DNA of 63,470 nucleotides, the filler included, from Intoshia linei (taxonomy: Eukaryota > Animalia > Orthonectida): the NCBI GenBank assembly GCA_001642005.1. It is 8 parts of 8 records of this genome, joined end to end, with 100 filler letters (N's around TTAATTAATTAA, not from the genome) between each part and the next. Parts side by side here need not be neighbours in the genome. Positions count along the whole stretch, not along the records: positions 6,677 to 27,595 come from LWCA01000664.1; 7 more parts are not named here. One strand, given 5' to 3'. The notes beneath the pieces are model-generated. The model had not been told where the DNA came from. It did no database searches and saw only the letters and a program-made list of their open reading frames with translations. Each line of letters opens with the position of its first letter. The stretch's first letter is position 1. This document shows, one piece after another, positions 12,979 through 24,600 of this stretch. Both the position numbers and the translations under genes were made by a program.

Positions 12979-15136
12979 ATGCGGCTAATGAGGAGTGGGT
13001 CAATTTGCTTCTTCTCATTAATATCTTTATGGATATTTGGATTTGTTATTATCAATAGAATCTTTTCCATCAAATATATTAACCAAATTCAATTTTCCTT
13101 TATTGGTAAATTTTAATATATTTTTTAATAAATATGTAAATACACAAATCGCACCTCATTTTATCTACCTATAAAATTAATTTATTTTTAATATATAATA
13201 TAAAATAAGTTTGTTTCCATCATTATTTCATTAATGATATACATTAATTTACAGGAACCATCCAAATATTCATAATAATTATGTTAAACCTGGATAAAAT
13301 TTTTAATTTATACGGTTGATATATGACCGGAAACACTAAATATATATTTATGTTAATATAAAATTTGAAACATTAAGATTGGTAAAAACAATATTAAAAT
13401 ATTAAATTTACACATAAATACATTTGTGCACATAGAGGTACCCTCACTTACGAAGCCCATGAAATATCCGCTCAAACTGAAGTAATTCTGTATTTTCATA
13501 AATACTACAGAATAGGGATGGAGCCAATTTTGTATATATAAAAATATTTTAAATGTAACTAAAAATCGCGAAAATTTCTTTACACTCAGTTACATTAGCA
13601 TCTAATCATTAGATTGTTAATTTAAAAGGAATAAATCAAAAAATTCTTAAAACCACTAAAGGAGGGTTACAGATATAATTTTTTATTTATTACATTTTAA
13701 ATTTACATTTAGGTTTCAATGTTTTCTACATACTAATGATTATTAGCTATCTTAGAGTGTCGTTTTCCTCTCCTGGATATTTCTACAGTATTTCATTTTT
13801 TGTTTTATTTCTTTACATTGTATATACAGATTTTACTCCATTTGAAAGAGAAAACCAACAAGCCATAGCAATACGTACATTCTGTAAGAAATGTAAACAT
13901 CTTAGACCAGCCAGGTCTCATCATTGTGCAGTTTGCAATAAATGCGTAAGGAAAATGGATCATCATTGTCCTTTGTAACATTTTTACATGCATTCTTACT
14001 TATTTTTAAAATAATTACAGTAATTGTAAGTGAATAAATATATTTTAGCATCAACAATTGTGTTGGAGAAGAAAACTTTAAATTTTTTGTTTTGTTGCTG
14101 TTATATTGCTTTTTATCTGCTCTTTTTTCAATGTACATTCATATTTCCTATTATACAGGATACTATCCTGAAGTTGAGGTATATTTTTACGTATAAATTG
14201 TGTATTTTTATTTTTAGGAGAATCCAATTTATAACCAATCAATCATAATCAAATTTACATTTTTTGTCACCATTATTTTCTTCCTTTTTGATACATGCAT
14301 ATTACTGGTTGCACATTTAAATATCCTATTAGTAAGTATTTTATACATATTATAAATTTTCTCAAATTGTGTAAAATATAAGATACAATTGTTTTGTTTT
14401 TAAATATGATCTTTTTAACTCTACAATTTCATCTGAAAAAAATATTTCTTGCAATTTTTTTAATAGTCATAAATAAAACGTACAAAATAGAATAATTTTA
14501 TTCCCTTACACTTTTAGAATATTTTAAAGGCATAGTGAAATCGTTGAGGAAAACTGTGTTTTCTAATTTTAGACCCAGATACATGCATTATAATGATAAT
14601 TATAATGGAAATACATAACATTTTTTTATATTATTATTCTATAACTTCTTCATTTATATAGAATAGAACAACTTTAGAATGGTATGATATTAGAAAAGAA
14701 GAGCAAAGTGGAAAGATATTTATCAATTACCTTAGGTTAGCCGTCTTATCAAACATTAAAATTAATTTTTATTTTACGTTAACGTTAAATAATTTGAAGT
14801 TTCCATATACCGTATCTAATCATATTTTCATCACTTTTGAATGTAATTTGAACCATATTTAAAACAAATAATTGGATATTAGTACGAAATTTTTTTTCAT
14901 GATAAAATGTAATTTTCTACACTGTACTAAATAACCGTATGATGGAAAACCCTATTTACATTGTATCGAAAATGATAATTATTATAAAATTACAATTAAT
15001 ATTTAGAAATGCAAGATCACAAGATTATCCAAACAATTTACGTGTTATATGTGAATCAGATAACTTGTGTTTATCACTGTGGCCTCTGAGACAACAAATT
15101 TTGTTTAGGGAAACTGAAAATTTGTTACCTTTGTAA
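12979..15136 (+). CDS. DHHC-type palmitoyltransferase (multi-exon, boundaries approximate)
   Basis: [31 protein letters not shown] / INNCVGEEN, hydrophobic TM exons and an NRTTLE motif exon near 14662. Confidence 0.9.
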
Positions 15137-15663
15137 AAAAATATAAATAAACTTTTCCAAGTCTACAATAGAATTGAATTACAATATACATTATACAGTA
15201 CAATTTTTCCTTAAAAAATTTTTTAAAATAATGCATCAAATAATATGGTATGAATTAGAATTTACATTTTGATACATTGATGATATTGGTGTATTTTAAA
15301 AAAATGGTTGTATTGGTGTTTGGATATTTTTCGAGACCATTCATTCTAAAACCTCAATGTTTCTCCAGAAATGTAAAAATTTACAATTTTAATTGATGAG
15401 ACTAATATACAATTATATCAATAACTTACATTGACGATGAAGGTGATTCACACTTGGTGATACATAATCTTAATTTTTGCGAAACTTTTTATTTTGATGA
15501 CCACTAATATGCAGGCCATGGTATTGGAAGACTGGTATCATCCTACATTACATTTACGTTGTTGGTATTGGTAATTCAAATATTTGAATAGATAAATAAA
15601 AAAGGTCGCTCTCATACATCATAAATACATTTCTCAACTTTTAAATTTACAATTAGAATCAAA

Positions 15664-18600
15664 ATGAAATCAGTTACATTTTTCAGTGGATTATTATTTG
15701 TTTTTATACAATTGATATCATACAATTACATTGAAGCTAAAAGTAAAACATTTCATACATTTTTTTTTATAAATTTTATTTTAGCTGGTAAATTTAAAAT
15801 TAACTAATTATGAAATATATTTATTTAAATTGTTTACAGATATATTCATTTTTTTACTCAAATTACTCTATTCCATTAATTTAAAATTTTACCATGATCA
15901 ATGATCGTACGTGAAACTATTTGTTGTGTAAATGAGGATTTTGCAAAATTTTTCGTGATGGGTCAAACTAACATTATTCAAACTCTCATCCTTACTTATA
16001 TAATATGCTACGCAATATTTTTGTGTGTGTGTGTGTTCCACTTTAGTAATTTATAAATGTTTCATTTTAATATTCAGTAATTGTTTATAGTCTAAATCAG
16101 TGGTTCCCAAAGTGGGCAATTAATTCAGTTAGGGGGCGTTTTGAAAAATAATGCATTAATGAGAAACAAATTTTTGGATTAATTTTTTTTATTAAATCCT
16201 CAAATCCCCATTCATTATAGATCAATTTCAAAAGTCAGGGTCTTACAAATTTAATGAATCGCGTATAAACTTTAAAATTTAAAAAAAAAAATTTTAATTT
16301 TTTATAAAATTGATTAATCTTATTTTCACTGCTAATTAGTTCTATTAACTAAATTCACAACAGTAGCCAAATACAAATATAATAAAAATTCTTGTGAACA
16401 AGATATTGTATTTAAAATATCATAATTGTTAGAAAAACCACCAAGAAACCCTCTATTTTATAAATTCTGTTTTTTATGAATTTTTGGGTAAAATAGGGTT
16501 ATATTGAGAAGGATTTCTGATAAACTGTTATAACCATGGCATTATATATACTCAAAAATTTTACATATACTATTTATACGCATGAATTCACAACGTTACC
16601 ACACCAATATTGTTTTATAAAGTTCATGTTAGTTTTTGCAAAATTGTATTAAAAATTAGTTAAAAATGCAAAAAGTCAATATTTTTTTTGAGAGTTAGAC
16701 AATTTCAAGCACCTCATCTTGTTCACAATAACAAGTTTCATTTTTCCCCGTTGGATACTTTTGCATTGTATAAAAAAAGTGTTTTAGGACACACCTTAAT
16801 ATATATAGAACATGTAACATGTATTAAATTTATATTAGTTAATTATCATTATTAATTATTATAGTGTGTAATTAATATTTATTCATCACAATATGGTGTT
16901 ACAGTGTCCAGTTTCATTATCACGAATTAAAAATTTATGAAAAGTTTCTAAAAACCTTATTATTCACCTTAATACACCATTTTCAAAAGTGAAACTATTT
17001 TAATTTAAAGTATATGCTATATAACAGTGATGGCAAATATATGACACGCCCAGGGATTCTGCTTAACACGTTGGTAAAAAGATAATTTGAAATTTTTAAT
17101 ATGATGTGGAAAAATTAACTCAAAAGTGTGCAATAATAGAAAAGTGTACATACCTAAAATTATTTATTATTTAAAAGTGACACCCAACAAAAAAGAAAAT
17201 AACAAAAAAAATTTTTTTGACTCAACAACTGAAAAGTCTTGTCATCACTGCTATATAACATCAAATTTCAATCGATTTTGAAATTGATGCAATTTTTTAT
17301 GCATTTATAACAGGGTCAGCAACCAGTGGCTCACAGAATAATTTTGGTAACCCTTTGATTAAGCATTTAAATTATTTATTTTTAAATTTTTCAACGTTTA
17401 AACACCGATTTAAACATTTTTATAATATAATTATAATTGGCTCATTATACATTGTATAAATATTTTGTTAAATATACTAGAACAATTTCTCTTCTGTTAA
17501 AATTGAATTGTATAATGTGTAAATTTTCTAAAGCGGGGCTCGTAGAATTTTTTGATATATAAAAGTGGCACACGAAATGCAAAACGTTGCCGACCCCTAA
17601 TGTATAATATATTTATTTTGAACCATATTAATATAAAGCTTGTAAATTTTAATTTTTTAAGAATGTACAAATTTTTTTTTAAATGTATTTGAATATCTAT
17701 TATTTAAAATATTATTTTAGTGAGTATAATTATAATTATTTTATATACCGTGTTAAAATTTTAATTAATTTTATTTTAATTATACTTATATATTTAATTT
17801 ATAATTAGTTCCCCGTAATAATCATACCATTATATAATAAATATAATGTATTAATATTATTGATGATATACATTAAAATACATGTCTATAAGAATAATTT
17901 TATAGTTGTTCTTATGGATAGAGTCGAACATTAGTTTAGTGCATAATGAAAATGTAAGTAACATTAAAAAATTTAGTAAACTATGGAAACATTGAAAAGT
18001 GTTTTTATAGAAAGTGTTCTCATAGACAGAGTTTACTGTATTACATTTAAGTGTAAGCATTACTTTGTTAAAAATAATATATTATTTTAGCTGGTAAGTA
18101 TTATTGGTATAATTAATTTTGAAAATTGTACTTTAATTCAATAAAAATTATTTACTTTTTTTATGTTTTGTGAATAATATCATATTCCTTTGATAGCAAG
18201 TAAAAATATAATATATAAATCGTTATAAACTTAAAATTAAAATATATACAACATATACAGTCAAATCTCTCAATAGCGCCATTTCGGTTTTTTGATATGT
18301 GTTTATTAATGGGGGTATTCGGTGTAACGAATAGATCACGAATACGGTTACTATGTATTAATAAGCATATATATAATAAAATAATGATAAAATGAAGTTC
18401 ATTCATCCAACACGCGTTTTTTAATGTATTTGTTTGTAAATTTAATTAAAATTTGATAAAATATAATTAAAATTAGATTAATAATTTCTATATTAACTGT
18501 TTATATTAATATATTTATGATTTTAAATTAAAAATTTACTCATTTTAATTAAATTTTTTTTAAACTATTTTAAAATTGAAGCGATATTGAGAAATTTTCT

Positions 18601-21600
18601 TATATGTTTATTATAAAATTTAAATATAGTGGCGGTATTGAGAGGTCTGACTGTAATTAAAAATAATGTATATATTAATTTTTTCTAAATAATATATTTC
18701 AATGTAACCCTTAAACTCTATATCAGTGGTAGCGAAAATAGTATTTGCGTGTTGAAACATTATTTGATTAAACTGTTTTTAACTCACATCAAATAAAAAA
18801 TGATTTTATTTTAAACTATGAAATTAGAATTTAAGTAAACATACATAATCATTTGAATATATTCAGATTAAAATTTTATTTAACTTTAAAAAATAATAGA
18901 TTTTTTAATAATGCTACGTTTCGTAAAAAGTTCGACAGAGGTTATTACTAATACATTATTTAGGTAATTATATATAATGTAATATATGTAGTATAATGTT
19001 TTGATTGATAAAACATTAAATATTTTATAATATTAATACACTATATCACAGCATTATGTAAATATTATATTTATTAAATAATTAAGCCTAAAAATGTGGC
19101 AGATCGATCCTATGGTGTATATCTTAAAAAAATTCAACTCTACATACATAATCTAATAAATTAATGATAATTATCATTATTAATATAAAAATGATATTAT
19201 ATTATATAAAAACTTACAAAACTTTATTTTTTTATTTTGCATTGATATTTATTTATCATATTATTTACATGTTAGTTATATATTTTTTATAATAAATAAA
19301 TTGCAAATTTATTACAATTATTTTTTTTATTTGTGTTTAGTCGGTAATTTTAAAATTTTTATTAACAACGTTTAAAAATCATACCTGTGAACTGTGTTCA
19401 CCGAACACGAATCTTGCCAAATTTTAATTCAAAAAAATATAATATATTTTATAATTACAAAATTCAGAATCATAATAAATAATTTAATTATTTTTAGATA
19501 GTAATTAGTTTTTTTTAATTCTTTCAAAAATGTTTTCAAAAATTTAATTCACTTTCATAGAATGTAATGAAAATAGTCAAATTTAACTTTATATTACAGA
19601 GTGTTCAATGAACTTCAGTGTTCAGTGTTCATTTTATGACTATACCTTTGATAAAATTAGTAAACTTAAGTAATAATCATTACCAATAACTACTTAATAA
19701 ATTTTAAAATAAAAATAAATAAAAATTATCGAATTTACGGACTAAATTAAGAACCGCACATTTAGTAGGAAGCCTATCAATTCCAAATTTATTTATAAAA
19801 TTTTCGCGTACAATTATATTAAATTTTCCATATTTAATCATCTCTTGAACTAGGAATAATCTTTCATCTATCAAAATTATAATATCAATCAAATTTAGTT
19901 TCAGAAAGTTTACATACAGATTGTTTTGAACTTTATTATGACTATAATTTTTCTATATGAATATGCACTGAAAGTATAGCTTTAAAATAAATACCCTGTA
20001 GTAATAACATTGTACTACAAATGTATACATTCAAATTAATATCTATAAAACGGTAGTACGTAAATCAAAAAAAATAAAATATCAATTATTTTATTATATA
20101 AATTTAAATTTATTAATGTATAAATCATTTTTAATTAGCTCGTAAAACATTAAAAACGTGCATTATAAAGAAATATAATTATTAATTAATGAAACAGAAT
20201 ACTTTATCAATTTTTTATATTTTATTAACTAATTATTTTATCAGAAATATACCATTAATTAAGTATTACCAAATATGCTGCAAGTTAGAAATTTTATGAT
20301 AAAATTTTAAATAAAATTAAAAAAATATTACCTGTATATTAAATTAGAAATATTGCGCCAAAAATTTGTTGAGTTAATAACATGAATTGATAATTACAAT
20401 TCAATAATACAAAGTGCAACAAAAAGTTCCAAATGTTTTAATTGATATCTAATTAATAGACAAGATCCATATAAATATTTGAAATGTAAATTAAATTCAC
20501 TTTACAAATCCATATTAATAAAAAAAATTTATTAAAAAAGTGAATAAAGAATATAATGATAAATTTTGATTTTGATTTGACATTTATGGCGCAAATTTAC
20601 AACAGGCAATATGTTATCTTTTTTAATGTGACAAATTTTTATTTTCAATCAATTTTTTACATCAACAATTAATTGTACGGATTATGGTAATTATTTTTTT
20701 CTGAGTGATTTTAATAATTATATCAATAAATTAAACAAATTAATTTGATTAAATAGTCATTAATTGTGTCTTGAATTTCTAATATTACTTAATTTTTCTT
20801 AAATTGACTTTTACAAAATTGTAATAATATAGTGTTTAGATCCAATTATATAATTATACACATTATATTCAGTTTGTAATTTATTATTACTTTATCATTA
20901 TCAATCAGAGGTAGCAATCCATTCATCTTTTTTAATAGTCTTAGAAAATATACAGGGGATAAGAAAATGATATATTTTTATGTGGTTGGCTAAAATCTGA
21001 GGAAATTTTAATTTATTTATATATTTACAATTGATTAATAAATTTATATTAAAATAAAAACAGATCGTTAGTTTTATATTTATCATTTATATTTATCAAT
21101 TATATATTTTTCTCAATAATGATTAAATTCATTAGCCGATAAAAATTATTTCATTATATTTATAGAGTGTAATATTTTTATGATTCTTGAAATCCAAATT
21201 TTTTAAATTTAAATAATATGCGTTGATTTTAATTAATATAAAAATTTTGTTAATAAAAATAATTATTAAATTCAGTCGGTAATTATAGTTTATATACAAT
21301 TTATATCTGTAACATGTACTTAGTTTCAATTTTTATATAATTATACACTATTAAATTAATAGCACGTAAATAATAATTATTGTAATAAAAAACATTTAAA
21401 AAAAAATGTATTAATATATTTATATCATTGTTATTACCTTTATAATTAACATCATTAGGAGGTAAATTATAGAAACAAGCAATGATCTCTAAAAATGAAA
21501 TATATTTAAATATTTAAATCATAATATCTATACTTTCATTAGCATGTAAATTATATATAAAAATTAAATTAAATCGATTAAATTTAATTTCAATGTTTTA

Positions 21601-24600
21601 TATTACAGCTTGTATATTTATTATTTATTAATGAGACTATTTATAATAATTTTTTTTTGATTTCATAAATATTTTATTATGCTGCATAGATTGTAAATTT
21701 ACAATACATTTAATTGACTAATTGATACTATTAATTTATTGTTTTTAGATGGTTTGGAAAATTTTATATGATAAAGTGAAAAATTTTTGAATTTTTATTA
21801 TTTTCAGTTTGTAATTTTTTAAGTAGTTACAAATCACTAAATTATATTCGAAATTGTTAATTTTATAAAAAATCTATACTTATTATATACTTGATATATT
21901 TTCATAGATAGTAATTATAAAATAACGTGATAAGTGTATTTAAATTATATATATATATTTTTGATTATAGACGGCAATTTTGCTAAACTTTTTAGAATTT
22001 TGTTAAAATAACTTTGAAGTTATAATTTTTATTAAATTTTAAATTAAAATAACATTTAGATGGTAATAGAAAATTAATTTATTATAAACCCATTTTAACA
22101 TACGACAATTTATTTTTCGATTAATTTAAACTTATATGTTTTCAGTAAAAATTTCAAATTTATTCATATAATATTCAAACTAATTTTATAGAATGTAAGA
22201 TTTATAATTTTATTAATTTTTGTTCATATAAAAAAATGCTTATTATTTTTTTTAATTTCAGCAAAAAGTAAATTTTTAAGAATTTAAATATCTTTTTGAA
22301 TGATGGTATCATCCCATCAATTGCATTAATTCGGTTTGAACACTTTTCTATGCATGGGCACATCACAAATTTTTAATTTAAGATACAAAATGATTTAATT
22401 AAGTGTAAATCAGGAGTAAAAGAAAATTATGGATAAAATAAATATAAATTAATCATAGGATGTAAATGTTTTTATCAATACATTATCATGTATGTCGATT
22501 TGATGGGTTGTAAAAATGATATTTATTTTCAACTAATTATGTTAGATTGTAAATTTTATATTACATTTGTATTGTTTTTAGTATTATTAAAATCAATATA
22601 TATTTTAAATGGGATTTTGTTCACCATTCTTAAAAATAATAATAACAAAGAAAAGATTTAAAATGTTCGGAAAGAGGGATCTAGAATAAAAAATATATGT
22701 TGTAAATGTGCATGTTTTTTTTGGCTAAAATATTATTGTTTATTTTAATTTTCTAACATGTTTAGTAAGTAATACTATAATGCCAAAAACAAAAAGTTTA
22801 TTATACATTTATATATAATATTTATTATTACAAATATTTAACAATTATTATTATGCATTATATGTATATTTGGTTTAATATTAATTATATTAATCTAAAT
22901 ATTAATTTTTTGAATTCTGATTTTATTAATCAAATATTCTCAAAAATTAAGTATTCCAATAATTTTAGTGAGTAAAATATTATAATAATAATAATATGTA
23001 TATTAGGCTGTGCAATTAAAATTATTTTGATAATTTTCGAGGACGATTAGTTCACAATCTGTTCATTTATGTAATATTTAGATTAGTTCGAAATAAAAAT
23101 ATTTAAAAATAGTCTACCCACTCGAATCGGCATTTTTGTTAAGATCCCATTGTAGATTATGTTATTTTACAGAAAAATACACCAGATGTGCACTAATCGA
23201 CCTTGATTCTTGAATAAGTGTGAACCCTAATGATTTGAGCCTAATGTACAATGTACATATAAATATTTGAAAAAATTTTGTAATTTTATTGAATTTTTAA
23301 TACAATTGTAAATGTGAAAATGTATAGCAAGTAATTTTTTTCTAATATGAACAATACCATTTTGATATTTGTGTATGTATAATATACATTCTATATTTAT
23401 GACGACAACGGTATTGCTGATGCTATTATATGATTATTACCAATCCATATTATTTCGAATGTCTGAATTGCTTCAGCTATACTTGGTGTGTCTTAATTAG
23501 TTTATACAGGGGTCCCAAATTCACCTTATCAACTGCTATATATAGATTTTATAAAAATTACTAAGTGATTACTGAGTTCTCGGTTTTAGTATTTTTGACT
23601 TTATTTATTTTATTTTGACCGAGTTCTTATATTTTTTTATTGATTTTAAAATTCATCTCTTCCTTTCATAAATAATTTTGATAATCATTAATATAGCATT
23701 TTTTATGGGCGTTGAACTTCAAAGTTTGAATTATGATATTTTTGATACATTATTACCTAACAGGTTCTTATTTTGGGCCATCCCCAATCGTAGTACATAC
23801 TTTTTACTGAAGCTATAATAGGTGTGAAATTGTGTGTTCAATTTTTGTAAAAAGTAATGAGTTTTAAAACTCAATACTTTTTAGAATAAACATATTTTAA
23901 AAATTATTAATTTTGTTAATCAGATTGGTTTTTCAATCAAAGCATTAAAAAATTGCATTAAATAAATAATTAAATTATCAATACTTTCAACTAGTACATC
24001 AGATGAAATATTATTTTCTGCGACGGGGTTATCCACGTCTATTGGTAAAACTAGGATTACGCCAGAAATAATTGAAACTGATTTTTAAAATACAATAAAA
24101 ACTTGATGTCCACAAAAACTAATTTATAAACAATTTTTTGTTAATAACAAATTTAACTATCTACTACTTTATACTAGTTTATATATGATACTACTTTCTT
24201 ATAAATTTCGGATATTATTATCCTCTAAATATCAGTTATTTATTTATTGTATATAATTTATTTTTTATTGCCATCGAAAATCAGCAAGATTAATTGTATG
24301 TTTTGAATTTTTTACGTTTTGTGAACCAAAATTGAAAACTCATCAAATTGTTTTTAAGTATTTTTATTAAATTTTGAAAAAACGTACTTACTGAGTTTTT
24401 AAAAAAAAAATTGTTTTACTGAGTTTTACTATACTGGATTTTTATTTTGTAAAAAAAAGTACTTAGTGCTTACTGATTTCCTAAAAAACTAAGTTGAACA
24501 CACTAGTACAAAATATCAATAAATGATGATAGCTAATGTACTCGTCAATGGTGTAAATAAATATATAATTAATAATTATGTATTTATTTAATTATAATTA

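Noticed and set aside
16905-16910. Candidate 6-nt exon TGTCCA (also TATAAT at 18992)
   Set aside because: Weak GTTT donors, and TATAAT would need a 28-nt intron. Both keep the frame but cannot be told from chance.
17662-17664. Candidate micro-exon AAG|AAT|GTAC
   Set aside because: It would need a 20-nt intron after CTT 17639 and would create a TAA stop.
17857-21329. Short minus-strand ORFs in the ORF track (17857, 18161, 20901, 21132)
   Set aside because: I/N/K/F/Y-rich chance ORFs in AT-rich DNA, antisense to the micro-exon array.
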